Positions 1 to 14,593 of a stretch of DNA of 64,000 nucleotides are shown here, piece after piece. Position 1 is the stretch's first letter; every line of letters begins with the position of its first letter. The notes beneath the pieces are model-generated. The model was not told the origin of the DNA. It did no database searches and saw only the letters and a program-made list of their open reading frames with translations. Origin of the DNA: Octopus sinensis (Eukaryota); contig NC_042999.1 of assembly GCF_006345805.1 (NCBI RefSeq), positions 161,200,001-161,264,000 of the forward strand. The letters run 5' to 3'. Both the position numbers and the translations under genes were made by a program.

Positions 1-289
1 AGTTCTAGTATGTATATATATATATATATATATTGTTCTATAAAGCCCGACAAATAAGTTGTTCTATAAAGCCCGAAACATATGTACCGCAACATCCTTT
101 GCGTCTTGTTTTTCATTTATTTCATTTGATATATATATATATATATATATATATGTGATTATAAATAAGAGCAAAAGAAAAAGCTTTCTATGCTAAGATA
201 CTGAAAACTAGACTTTAGATCGTCTAACCACATACAATACTTTTCACTAAAATGCACAGCGTGTGTGCATCCAGGTATAGAAAACCAGC

Positions 290-518
290 GGCGAGCTGGC
301 AGAAACGTTAGCACGCCGGGCGAAATGCGTAGCCGTATTTCGTCTGTCGTTACGTTCTGAGTTCAAATTCCGCCGAAGGTCGACTTGCCTTCATCCTTCG
401 GGGGTCGATAAATTAAGTACCAGTTACGCACTGGGGTCGATGTAATCGACTTAATACCTATGTCTGTCCTTGTTTGTCCCCTCTGTCTTTAGCCCCTTGT
501 GGGTAATAAAGAAATAGG
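290..518 (+). mobile_element. tRNA-derived SINE, family B
   Basis: GGCGAGCTGGCAGAAACG head, B-box GAGTTCAAATTCC, GGGGTCGATAAATTAAGTACCAG module; near-identical to 61031-61262. Diverged copies start near 7133, 20512, 21205, 37392, 37602, 43455 and 43900. Confidence 0.88.
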
Positions 519-995
519 TATAGAAATCCTCGAATTCGTATACTTCTTGGATATGTTTTAGCAGTATTCCTATAATATATTCTAAATATAAATAGAATTA
601 AAATAGAACGAGATGCCTCATTAGCATTATGATGTGAAAAATAAATAGAAGCAGTTATGGTCAATACTGGATTCCGTTTGATCATATATCTAACTACTTT
701 GTCTGAACTGACTTGCAACGCAACAAGAATCCAGCGCAGCATCATATAGAATCGATATTAACTTCCTAAATATAATTTCAAACGAAAGTTAACAGCTGAA
801 CGCTTGTTTAATGGGTGTCAGATTTATCGTCAAGGAAAGTAAGATCTCAAAAGCATTCTGCTTTTGCTTGTCGCCCATTCTGTCACCCTCATTATATACG
901 AGGAATCAGCTACCATAACGACCTTCATTATTACATAGCGGAGATAGGATTAAATCAAATCTTCGTATATATAAATATAAAATATATACAACATA

Positions 996-1053
<58 letters not shown>

Positions 1054-1125
1054 CATACACATACACACAAACACACACACATATTATATATATATATATG
1101 TGTGTGTGTATGTATATATGTATAT

Positions 1126-1174
<49 letters not shown>

Positions 1175-1371
1175 ATATATATATGAATGTATGTATATAT
1201 ATACACACACACGTGTATATTCAAGACTAAACGACTGTTTGGAAAAGAACGATTGATAAATACCTTGGCATATTATTGCATTTTAACTGCATGAAACTAA
1301 TAGTAGCTCCAATTTAAACACCGTGTATATTCACTCACTCACTCTCTCACACACGCACATGCATACACACG

Positions 1372-1436
<65 letters not shown>

Positions 1437-2111
1437 GGGCGCGTGTGTGTATGTATGTATGTGTGTGTATGTGTGCGTATCCGGTTCTAACTCTTCTCCT
1501 TCCCTCACTCTCATTTTACAAGGTGATACTTCCTTCATCACTTCTATTTAATTTCCCCCGTACAGGTATGACACTGTGGTCAGTTATATGATACAATATG
1601 GATTTTATTATAACCATCTTACGTCTGACTCAATCACACGCATTCAAATAATGCAGTTTGTTTCCTTACTTCGTACTTAACTTTTCCTACCCACCAAATC
1701 TTCTATTTCATTAAACTTTTTCTTCTGCCCCATTCTCTCCACTTTTACTTCTTCACACAACATTCATCAGAGCTTTTTAGTAATTCCTCCTCCATTTCAT
1801 ATATTCAGCCAGTAATACTTCATTTTGCACCTTTATTTTTTTTTCTTCTTTTCTGCTTAAAATAAATATTCTAACACCTAACTTTCTTTATTTAATCAAC
1901 TTTTGTTTCCCTTCATTCATTATTTTCTTCCGGTCACTGCATTCTCGATCTTTTTCTCTTCTCTTCCTGTATCGTCCCCTTTTTGGCTGCTATATATCTA
2001 TTTAGGTGTTACTTTTTATACTTTGTGTTGTTTATTCTTCATTGCTTTCTCTTTTCAACCCTGTTCCTCATTCTATCTACATATCAATCAATGAATCTAT
2101 CTATCTATCTG

Positions 2112-2189
<78 letters not shown>

Positions 2190-2295
2190 AATGAATCTAT
2201 CTATCTATCTATCTATCTATTTAATCTATCTATTATATCTATCTATCTATCTATCTCTATATATATATATATATGTAGTATATATGTGGATATAC

Positions 2296-2351
<56 letters not shown>

Positions 2352-2524
2352 CGTCTGTCTATCTGTCTGTCAATCCGTCTGTCTGCCTGTCTATCTATAT
2401 TTCTTTTTTTCCTTTTTCGTTGTTCTCCATATTTACTCTCCTTCCATATCTCCACACCTCTAACTCTTGTGTGTCAGTCTCTAGCCCTGTCTCCTCTCCT
2501 TTTCTCTATCTATCTATCTATCTA

Positions 2525-2576
<52 letters not shown>

Positions 2577-2938
2577 AATCGCACTCCCTTTTCCGCATTT
2601 CGGCACCCTTACTCTTTCTTTCTAACTCTCCCTTTCTGAAATCTTAACACCGGAAGTCGAATCTGTAGTTGTTTTACCAGCAAACGTTTTGTCTCGCTAA
2701 ACAGAGCAGACGTTTGTAACACGGACGGAAGTGGGCAAGTTCAATGAATTTCACGCTGGCAAAAACATGAATGAAACAAGGGACAAATCCATGCAGGGTT
2801 GTGTGAAAATTATTGTGAAGAATGGTTAACATAATATGTTAGTTATTTTATGGATATTTCGACTTCGATTTCAGTGCATTTCACAATAGGGCATGATTTC
2901 CACAAATACACACAAGTGTACAGATACACATATACACC

Positions 2939-2969
<31 letters not shown>

Positions 2970-3206
2970 TGTATGTATGTATGTATGTATGTATGTATGT
3001 ATGTATGTATTTATGTATGTATGTATGTATTGTATGTATGTATGTATGTATGTATGTATGTATGTATGTATGTATGTGTGATATATATGATATATTTATA
3101 TATAAATATATGTATATATAAATATATATTATATATATATATATATATATCTATACATATACATACATATTACAATCAATATATATATATATATTTTGCA
3201 TTTATG

Positions 3207-3244
<38 letters not shown>

Positions 3245-3263
3245 AACACACACACACACACAC

Positions 3264-3307
<44 letters not shown>

Positions 3308-3552
3308 AACATTTATATATTATATATACATATATATATATCGAAATGGGGAGTGGTTAAAACAGCTGATATCTGATGAAGGGCATTTTTTATATTGCTT
3401 GTCTTGTTTTCCATTTGTTTCTTTCTTTGTTCGCCAAAAAAGTTTGTTATTTCATTGTTGTTTACGTTTTATGACGTCCTCTACCCATATATGCATATAT
3501 ATATATACGTATATACATATATAAGTATGCACATATATGTATGTAAATATGC

Positions 3553-3609
<57 letters not shown>

Positions 3610-4341
3610 GTACATCTATACATATATATATATATATATTGTTATTTATATTATGTATGATTGAACGCCAAGCATTCTTTTCTAAGTAAGTTTATCTCTC
3701 TCTCTCTCTCTCTCTTCTTTATATATATATGTATACATACATACGTACATACATATATGCATGCATACATACATACATACATACATACATACATACATAC
3801 ATACATACATACATACAATTTAACCGTTAGAGAGAGAGAGAATAAGGGAAGGGGTCCAGAGTGAAAGTACAAACCTGTATGTCTCTTTGAAAAGAAGCCA
3901 TCAACTAGCTTTTCATTAATCTGTACTTAAACAGCGAAAATCAAGACTCGGATATTGGGGAGCTCGAACCAGGTCATCCGGTTTATCACCACCCTAATCT
4001 CACACTGACAGAGTGCATAAAAGAGTGCACCCTATGCACGAACCAAGAGGGCGGCCTCGACATAGCCACTTGACATGCTAGATGTAGCAGTCAATTCAGA
4101 CTTAAATAACAACATTTCTATCTTAAATTCATTAAAAAAATTATCATGCTTGAAAAGCTTCTCTTTGTGGGTTTGAGTCATAAAAATTGACCAGGGAGAT
4201 GGTAGCTCTCGATGTATTCTTAATAAAAGCAACTACCAATCCTCACGTCTCTCTCTCTCTCTCTCTCTCTTACACACGCGTGCGTATATTTATGTATAAT
4301 CGTGAATATAAATCTATAATAAAGGTATAGATAAAGGTATT

Positions 4342-4736
4342 GGCGCAGGAGTGGCTGTGTGGTAAGTAGCTTGTTTACCAACCACATGGTTCCGGGTTCA
4401 GTCCCACTGCGTGGAACCTTGGGCAAGTGTCTTCCACTATAGCCTCGGGCCGACCAAAGCCTTGTGAGTGGATTTGGTAGACGGAAACTGAAAGAAGCCC
4501 GTCGTATATATGTATATATATATACATATGCATCTGTGTTTGTCCCCTCAACATCGCTTGATAACCGATGCTGGTGTGTTTATGCCCCCGTTACTTAGCG
4601 GTTCGGCAAAAAGAGACGATTAGAATAAGTACTGGACTTACAAAAGTATAAGTCTCGGGGTCGAGTTGCTCGATTAAAGGCGGTGCTCCAGCATGGCCGC
4701 AGTCAAATGACTGAAACAAGTAAAAGAGTAAAAGAG
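4342..4736 (+). mobile_element. tRNA-derived SINE, family A
   Basis: Head GGCGCAGGAGTGGCTGTGTGG with B-box GGTTCAGTCCC, internal TA/TG microsatellite and (GTAAAAGA)n tail. Confidence 0.9.
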
Positions 4737-4877
4737 TATATAAGTTTAGCGGTTCAAAGAAACTTGAGGGATCTTAGGACAAAGATCTCAAAATGCTGGA
4801 CCCGACTGCCAATACCTTTATTAAAAACAATGAATTCAACTGTGTACGCTCTTGTGTATGTAGTTATTTATTTATTT

Positions 4878-4996
4878 GTGTGTGTGTGTGTGTGTGTGTA
4901 TGTGTGTGTGTGTGTATGTATTCCATTTTCATGTCACATTTTTACTTTTCCTTTTGTATACACCAGCCATACATTCACTCTGTATTGCCCAAGTAT

Positions 4997-5031
<35 letters not shown>

Positions 5032-5115
5032 CACACACACATACAACACACACACACGCACACACACACACATACACACACACATACGCACACACACACA
5101 CACACACACGCACAC

Positions 5116-5159
<44 letters not shown>

Positions 5160-5373
5160 ACACACACACGCACACACAAACACACACACACACACACCCA
5201 CACATACACACACCACACACACGCACACAACACACATACACACACATACGCACACATAGACACACACATACACACACACACACGCACGCACACATGCACA
5301 CACACACACATACACACACACACACGCACACGCACACATACACACACGCACGCACACACATGCACACACACAC

Positions 5374-5418
<45 letters not shown>
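4878..5418. repeat. Long degenerate (TG)n/(CA)n microsatellite
   Basis: Directly visible; source of the HT/VC ORFs. Confidence 0.95.
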
Positions 5419-5420
<2 letters not shown>

Positions 5421-6283
5421 GAGTAAAACAGCTAGTTTTAAATCTATAAATAAGATCTAAGTAGTAACTGCACTTCCTAGTAAAATCTATTTGCCAACGT
5501 AAAGTGGCAGTCCTGCATAGGACAATGTTACTACCATTTAACCCCAGGAAAGCGTCTTTTCCGGCTGGTTATTGACACGCGATCTGTGTCTGAAATGTAT
5601 TGTGAGCAAGGGAGTGTACTGCTTCCTCCTAGTCACTAGCTGTACCAACCATTGTGTCCTTGATCAAGACACTTTATTTCACGTTACTCCAGTTTACTCA
5701 GCTGGCAAAAATGAGTTAGTACTTGTATTGCAAAGGGTCAGCCTTGTCACATTCTGTGCTACGCTGAATCTCCGTGAGGGCTACGTTAAGGGTACATGTG
5801 TCTGTGGAGTACTCAGCCACTTGCACGTTAACTTCACGAGCAGGCTGTTCCGTTGATCGAATCAACTGGAACCCTCATCGTCGTAATCGACGGAGCGCCG
5901 GTTAGTTACATATGTGTGTATATATATGCATACATACACACATAATTTTATTCTTTTACTTGTTTCAGTCGTAGAACATTGCGCCCGAGCTGGGACTTGG
6001 CCTTGAAGAGTTTATTCGAACAAATCAGCCCCAGTGCTTCTTTTTATTATTATTATTATCATTAATTTTTTGTCTACCACTTATTGTAGCGGTCACTTTT
6101 CGCAAACCGCTACGCTATGGAACGTAAACAAACGAGCACCAGTTGTTGTCAAGCGATATGAAAACAGACAAGACACATTCATACACATATAGACACAAAG
6201 ACACACACACACACAAATATACACAGGCAAATATATACGTGTGTGTGTGTGTGTGTAAGTGTGTGTGTGTGTGTGTGTGTGTG

Positions 6284-6318
<35 letters not shown>

Positions 6319-6788
6319 GTCTTATATAAATCCATATCTGTAACAATTAGCGCTAGGTTTCTGTTTACTTTCGTTAAAGGAGACGGAAATTTCGATTAAT
6401 TAACAAATTATTGCGTGCGTCACTTGGTACAGCAGTCCTTGACTATATTTATATGAAGGAATATGGATGTGTGTGTGTGTGTGTGTGTGTGTATCTGTTG
6501 GCGCAAGTGTATGTATGTATTTTTATGTATGTACATATGCATTATATATATATATATATGTATATATGCGTATCTGTGTGTACATGTATGTAATGATATA
6601 TCAATATTATATTACGTGTTTATATATACATTGATTATAAATGGGTAAATCTATATGTCAGATGGAGGGGTTTGTCGCAGCTGACACGTGATACTATTGA
6701 TAGATAATAGATATTCAGTTTTCTGTAATAGTATTTTTTAAGATACGGTGGGTACGGATGTAATGTATGTCATAAATTTATATCATAT

Positions 6789-7103
6789 CACATGATCACG
6801 TGACCGACCAGACCATCAGATGTTGCTAAACATCGCTGGTCACAATGCGTTCGCATTGTTTTAGCCTTCGAATGACGCCACCCCGCTGGCAAAGCAAGCA
6901 GGCCAACAGAAGAAAGAGTGAGAGAAAGAGTGAGAGAAAGAGTGGTGAAAGAGTACAGCAGGGATCACCATCCCCTGCCGGAGCCTCGTGGAGCTTTTAG
7001 GTGTTTTCGCTCAATAAACACACGCAATGCCCGGTCTGGGAATCGAAACCGCGATCCTACGACCGCGAGTCCGCTGCCCTAACCACTGGGCCATTGCGCC
7101 TCC
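6789..7103 (-). mobile_element. SINE family C (3' type 2)
   Basis: Same head as family C but a different 3' half; 15-bp TSD AAATTTATATCATAT at 6774-6788 and 7104-7118. Confidence 0.9.
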
Positions 7104-7812
7104 AAATTTATATCATATACCTGTGCTAAACTGGCGAGTAGGCAGAAACTTTAGCGCGTCGGGCAATACTTCTGGCTCTTTTCGATCCGAGTTTACAGGC
7201 TTCCAAGTTCAACTTTGTCTTCCATCCTTTCAGAGTCGACAGAACATAACATGTACCAGTGAAATACTAGGGTCAATGTAATCGATTTCCAACACCACTC
7301 AAAATTGCCAGCCTCCGCCAAAATTAGAAAGACTCATATAGCTAGCTGCAAATGCTTATATCGTACAACGGCAAGAACAAGTCTAGATTGATAACATGAC
7401 AGAACTTATTTTTAGACGGAAGACATATCAACTCTCATCCATATTGATTACTTAATAAATGAGTAAGAAAATAACAATAGTTACGTAATCGCTTTCATTA
7501 GCATTCTGCCATTTCGGCTCTAAGAAACTGCGCTCCCAGAACTGGGTGCCAGAGCATTATCTTATGGCTTCGTAAAAGAATTTAACGAATTTATAAGACG
7601 TCGCACTGGCTCTGAACTCGGTATACACAGTTTTGTTTTTTAACGAACGTGATTACTTAACGCCTGTTGTTTTCTCATTCATTCCTTGATATTACGTTCA
7701 ATACTTATGTCCGGAGCGGAGGTCATCAGTGAAATCATATCACCTTGACGTCGAAGCTTAGTAATGAATTCTAACAGCTGCTATTGATCCTCTGTGCCCC
7801 AGCATAAAAGAA

Positions 7813-7939
<127 letters not shown>

Positions 7940-8239
7940 CAATCAATCTTCGTGCTGCTATCTGATGCATTTCAGATGCAGCACGAAGCTTTGTCAGTGA
8001 ATAGGTCGCGGTCTCAAAGCGACGAAAATATTTTGACAAATTAAATTTAAATGTTGAAGTGAATCTAACGGTTTTGTGTGTTTCTTAAATGGCTTATAAA
8101 CACCTTCCACGCTGCAATTGTTTTCGTTCCAGCACACTATCTCAGATCAAGTCACTTGCTATGCAAGTACATCTCTATAATATAATATAATATAATAAAT
8201 ATAATATAATATGATATAATATAACATAATATAGATTCC

Positions 8240-9040
8240 TACATATTTGAAATATCATATAGATCCCTACACATTTGAAATTTTCAACTACTCTCAGCGA
8301 CTTACCGTCTCTCACTTTCACTGACGCAAGCATCTCGTGGTTGAATACTCGCAGCTCTGTTTTCTTTGCGTTACAGTACAATCCTACCTTCCCCGAGTCC
8401 TGCTCTAATCTGCTCAGCATCTGCTGTGTCTGATCTCTCCTCTCTGTTAATAATGCCAGGTCATCAGCATAGTCCAGGTTAGTTACTGTTACTGCTTGAT
8501 GCTGTCTACTTCTTTGTCCATGCCGTTTGAATCCCAGTTCTTCTTCCTTACCGTCGTACGTTCTACGCATTACGTAACCCAGAATGATGACGTATACATA
8601 AGGTGCTAGCGTATCGCTTGTAATACTCTGGCTTTGACATCAAAGTATTCCGTCTCTCCATCAGGAGTGATCACTTTTGCCCTGGTGTTCTCATACAGCT
8701 TACTTATTGCTCTCAGAATTGTTGGTGGACTATCACATGCTTTAAGTATCTTCATCATCATTCCTCTATGTACTGAACTAAAAGCATTTTTAAAGTCCAC
8801 ATAGATAATGACAGCCTTCCTGTTATGGCCCTTAACTCCCTCTATCAATCTTCTAAGTGCGACAATGTGGGATGTTGTTGACCGTCCTGATCTGAATCCA
8901 TTTTGATTTGGTCGCAATTGCTCGTCCATCTTGGGTTGTATTAGGTTAAGTATCATCCTGTTGACTATTTTTTGCAACAATAGATGACAGACCGATCCCT
9001 CTGTAATACCAGTATCACTTTGGTCTCTAGTTTGTACAGG
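8240..9040 (-). mobile_element. RTE-like non-LTR retrotransposon reverse transcriptase fragment
   Basis: LRPNQNGFRSGRST, YVDFKNAF and LDYADDLALL RT motifs, broken by a frameshift. Confidence 0.9.
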
Positions 9041-9074
9041 TTGTACAGGATTACATGTTACCAGTTGCGCTAAT

Positions 9075-9307
9075 TGATTCAGCCATTTGACTGTGGCCAT
9101 GCTGGAGCACCGCCTTGAAGGGTTTTAGTCGAATAAATTGAACCCAGGACTTATTTCTTAAGCCTACTACTTATTCTGTTGCTCCGTTTTGCCGAACTGC
9201 TAAGTTACTGGGACCAACACCAGTTGTCAGGCGGTGATGTGGGGGACAAACACGGACACAAACACACACACACATACATACATACATATTCATACATACA
9301 TACTCCA

Positions 9308-9341
<34 letters not shown>

Positions 9342-9354
9342 CATAATAATATAT

Positions 9355-9388
<34 letters not shown>

Positions 9389-9389
9389 G

Positions 9390-9427
<38 letters not shown>

Positions 9428-9690
9428 ATATATCATATATATAATATATATATATATATATAGTATCTATAATATATATATTATATATATATAATATATA
9501 TTATATAATATATCTAATATATAATATATATCGACAGTTTCTTCTTCATTGTTTCCTCTACCATATCCAGTCACAAGACTTTGGTCGTCGGCCCGGAGCT
9601 ATAGTAGAAAATATTTGCTGAAGGTGCCACGGAGTGGGACTGAACCTAGAACCATGTGTTTGGGAAGCAAGCTGCTTACTACATACCTAC
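9075..9690 (-). mobile_element. SINE family A (diverged, expanded internal microsatellite)
   Basis: Reverse complement of the family A body and tail. Confidence 0.8.
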
Positions 9691-9745
9691 ATCTTTTTTT
9701 TTACCCGAATAAACACACGCACAATATATTCGTTCTACACCTCAG

Positions 9746-10306
9746 ATTTATTATTGTTCTTATTTTACGTCCCTTTTTCTGGAAATCTTTCGTCACATAC
9801 CCTGTAACTTCTTCCGCGACTCTTCATCCCACGTGTCTCCTCCTGATCTGTTTAGTCCATTCTGTCATGCTCGGTTAGAACACTACGCAACATGATGACT
9901 AAAGACAGAATAGGAGGGGAAAAAAAACATAGATATAAAACAGTAGAGTACATAAACCCATAGACACACACTAAAGACATACATTCACATATCTAAGACA
10001 GAATGGAGAAAAAAAGAGAGAAAATATTAAATAAAGGACACAGATACAAGCAATATAGTAAACATGCCCCCCTCCCCCCCACACACAAAACACACATTCA
10101 AGACATATAGACACGCGTATGCACACGCACGCACACATGCACGCGCGCACACACACATGCGCAGATAAGGATACACACAATAGAAAGATAGAATGGACTA
10201 AACAGAACATGAAGAGACACATGGAATGGAGAGTTGCTGAAGAGGCCACAGGAGGTGTGACGATGGAGTCCTAGACCAAGGACATAGAATAAGAACAATA
10301 ATAAAT
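9746..10306. repeat. Diverged inverted repeat (about 118-bp arms), each arm carrying an HHR relic
   Basis: 9746-9863 matches the reverse complement of 10190-10306 at roughly 75% by eye. Confidence 0.7.
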
Positions 10307-10686
10307 ACGTTACGAAGTGAGGAAGACTCTTGATGTGCCTGAAATAGTATCAAGTCAAGTTCAAAATACACCCTAGCATCATTAATAAAGAAAGACAAAT
10401 TCGAAAACGTACACCCTGAAAGGCGATGTGTGTGTAGGTGCGTTGCTTAGGGGGTAGGTGTTGGGCATTGCTGGTAAGGCTACGATTCCTGAACCAGCCG
10501 GTGGGTTGCGTTTTTTTGTGAGGCATTGAGTTTGCTCCAGTTCACTAAGCAGAAAAATTAGTACCAGTTAAGTGATGGTGCAATCCTCTCTTCCTCCAGC
10601 TGTCATGTATATGTATGAATGTATATATACACACACCATACGAATGTATGTGCTTATCTATCTATCTATCTATCTATCTTCTACTT

Positions 10687-10732
<46 letters not shown>

Positions 10733-10935
10733 GATCTATCTATCTGCCTATCTATCTATCTATCTATCTATCTTCTATCTCATAACTATCTATCTCTATC
10801 TATCTTACTCTGTCTGTTCTGTCTGTCTGTCCTTCTGTCTGTCTGTCTCTGGCTGTCTGTCCTGTCTGTCTGTCGTCCACTGGCTTGTCTGTCTGTCTCT
10901 GTCCGATCCTCTATCATTCTATACTATCTATCTAG

Positions 10936-10974
<39 letters not shown>

Positions 10975-11134
10975 ATCTATCTATCTAGCTCTCTAACTAT
11001 CTATCTATCTATCATCTATCTATCGATCTGCTCTGTCATGTCTGTCCTGTCTGTCTGTCTGTCTATCTATCTATCTTCTTAACTGTCTATACCTAGCCTT
11101 CACTCTCTCTTCACTCTCTCTATAGTTCGATATA

Positions 11135-11210
<76 letters not shown>

Positions 11211-12513
11211 CGAGGGGCGTTCATAAGTAATGCCCCTGACCCACTTCCCATAGCAGTAGAGCAACGAAACTTGGCACAGTTATAGTCTTTTTCTACATAG
11301 GAACCACCCAGAGTTTACGCATTTCTTCCCATCGTTGATGCGGCTCTGGAGACCGTTTTTGTAGAAGAACCCAGCTTGGTCCTCCAACCTCAACGTGACT
11401 TGAGATCAAGGCTGCATCATCTGGGAAACGCTTTCCTTTCAAAACAACTTCATGATTGGGAGAGTGAAAATCAGAGGGTGCAAGGTCAGGAAAGTAGGGG
11501 GATGGGGGAGGAGTTCATAGCCATACGCCTATGCTTCTGATCTGGCGACAAGCGAGTTGTGGACCGGAGCGTTGTCCGGCTTCAGGAGAGGATGCCTTTG
11601 CTGATCTTGCCCCCGCCTCTTGATTTTGATAACCTCTCTCTTAATTTCCTCAAAGTGAAGCATAATAGGCTCCTGCAATTTGGTACCCCTTTGCCAGAAA
11701 TCTGTCATCACTACTCCGTCCTGGTCCCAGAAGACTGAGCATGACCTTGCCAGCGGAGGGCTGCACCCTTGCCTTTCTGGAGGGGGTGTTCACGGTGCTT
11801 CCACTTGCATTGACTGGGCCTGGTATCTGATCTGGATCATCGGATTGGGACCCATGTTTCATCCTGTGTAATCAGTCTTTTGAAAATTTTGACTCATCTT
11901 CTTGGCTCACATCTCCAAATTCACCCTCCTCGAGCACTCGACGCGTTCTTTCTTCTGCTTCTGGAAGGCGTGAGCAACCTGGAATCCATCTGGCGACACC
12001 TTTTGCATATGCAATGGTCATGAATGATAGTTTTCCACAGACCCGGTACTAATCTTGACCTCATGGGCTATTTGGCGAATAGTTATGCGTCGATCTCCAA
12101 ATGGCAGCCTCAACTTGTCGGACAGATGCCTCATCAATTGCAGAAGGGGCGACCAGATCTGGGAGCTGTTTCCACAGAGTTCCGACCATGTTTTGAATTC
12201 ACGATGCCAGCGTTTTTACAAGGTCATATGATGGGGCCATCATCACCATAAGTTACTTTCATTTTCATCAAAAGTCTCCCGTGGTGTGCGTCTTTTTCAA
12301 ATATAAAAACCGGATCACTGCTCGACACTCAACAGGCTTCCATTTCACACTTGACTCGGTTTCAAACACCTGTAAATCAGAAACCCAATGAATTCAGAAG
12401 CTGTGATTTGCCACTTACTCTATAGAGATATAAATGATTTGCACACTGCAAAATTTCAGCTAGAATCAAACAACTGCAAGTGGGTCAGAGGCATTACTTA
12501 TTGAACGTCTTCG
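11211..12513 (-). mobile_element. Full-length decayed mariner (Tc1/mariner) DNA transposon
   Basis: About 34-bp TIRs (CGAGGGGCGTTCATAAGTAATGCCCCTGACCCAC and its diverged partner), TA on both sides within (TA)n, 1.3 kb long. Frameshifted transposase motifs VKRWHREFKHG, QPSAGKVMLS, DNAPVH and YFPDLAPSDF. Confidence 0.95.
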
Positions 12514-13654
12514 TATATATATATATATATAATATATTATTATATATATTATATATATAATATATATATATATATATAGTATATATATATAATATATATA
12601 TATACATATATATAATTCATACACGCACACACGTATTCAAATATTAGTTAAAGCAGCTTGAGGGATATAACTCGAACACACATACATAAGGTATGTGTTT
12701 TTGTGTGTGTGTGTGTGTGTGACGCACGCACGTGACCCGTTGAACAAGAAGTTCATTTCGCAATGATGGAGTCCTGTGTTCGTGCCTACCTTTTGTTATC
12801 TTAGGAATTGTTTTTTTTTTTACCATAATCTCAGATCGGTTCAAAGTTGGCATTGAAATATAGTAGATGGAAAATGTGTGGAAGTGTATCCAGTAGATTG
12901 TACTCGTCATTCAAAGGGCTTGCCTTGTCGTACTGGGTTGGCCTGAGAATTTCGTTCCTCAAGTGTGCAAGTATCTGCGGAACACTCAGCCACTGGCACG
13001 CTGATTTAACCAGTTAGCGACATTTTGGAGATCAAGCAGCTAAATGCTATTCATAGAAACATACTGGGGATCTGTGCTATATCGGTGCTAAAGCTCAGCT
13101 TCCCCGTATCACCCCCACCTCACACACGGTATGATAAATGGCCAAAGCTAAATGGGGGATTTGATGGCTGTTACTTAGGTAACTGCGACAACAGGAAAAC
13201 ACTGCAACTGCACGGAATTTTAGAAAACTTCTCAATAACAACCACTATATTATAACCCCGAGCAAAAGAAAAAGTATCAACATGTTCGATCCATCTATTA
13301 GAATGATAGCTAAGTCTCCCTATGTTTTGATTAAGAAGGGAATGCGATAGTTACTGTAGTTCTACAAACACCTTAAAATACGGGATGATCGCTGATACAG
13401 GGTTAAATAATAACAGTAACTATAAGAACCAATGACAGAGTCTCTACGTGGTAGCTCTACCTGCTAGTAATGGCAGCTGGATCTCTCTCTCTTAAGTAAC
13501 ACTATAGTTTTAAAGGAAAGGATATATTGGACAATGAAGACAATTTTATAAAAAGATGACCGGAACTTCTATTCATCATAATTCTGTGTAATCAGGAAAT
13601 ATTTGTATCTAGAGAACAACACAGCAACAACAAAAATATCCTTTCTTTCTTTCT

Positions 13655-14057
13655 TTTCTTTTACTTGTTTCAGTCATTTGACTGCGGCCATGCCTGGAGC
13701 ACCGCCTTTAATGGAGCAAACTCGACCCGACGCCGGGCTTATTCTTTTGTAAGCCCAGTACTTATTCTATCGGTCTCTTTTGCCGAAACCGCTAGGTAAC
13801 GGGGACATAACATACCATCATCGTTGTCAAGCAATGCTAGGGGGACAAACACAGACACATACACACCACACACATATATATATATATACTTATATACGAC
13901 GGGCTTCTTTCAGTTTCCGTCTACCAAATCCACTCACAAGGCTTTGTCGGCCCGAGGCTATAGTAAAGACACTTGCCCAAGGTGCCACGCCAGTGGGACT
14001 GAACCGGAACCATGTGGTTGGTAAACAAGCTACTTACCACACAGCCACTCCTGCGCC
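13655..14057 (-). mobile_element. SINE family A
   Basis: Full-length reverse-complement copy. Confidence 0.9.
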
Positions 14058-14427
14058 TATGCGCCTTATTAATAAAAAAAGAAAAAACCCAAACCAATAA
14101 CAATCACAAAGAAACACATAAGCACAAAAGTCTACAACAATCACTACAAGCACAACAACAATATCACCATGTACCACTGTAATAAGAATTACACCACCAC
14201 CACCACCACCACCACCACCACCACAAACAACAACGCCGCCAACGTCAAGTTACATCCCCTGAATTACGAATTTTTTTCAAACGTTTGATTGACGCCGATT
14301 TCTTCTCTCCTTGCTCGTCTCTCTCTTCAAAACAGGAAGGTTAGTGAGGGCACAGCCCGCCTTTTTAGGGTTGTCAGAATCAAACCGTAGATTCATTTCC
14401 TCTCTCATCCCTACTGCTTTCTTTCTT

Positions 14428-14463
<36 letters not shown>

Positions 14464-14593
14464 TCTTTCTTTCTTTGTATGCATGTATTTGTGCGTGTAG
14501 AGAGAACGTCTTTCATACACACAAACACACATACACGAACATATACACATATTTTTACATACTTACACTCCGTTATAAATATATATGCATATA

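Noticed and set aside
12400-12409. Consensus Gfi site (AAATCACAGC, minus strand) inside the mariner
   Set aside because: A single 10-mer match in 64 kb of AT-rich DNA is unremarkable and there is no other support.
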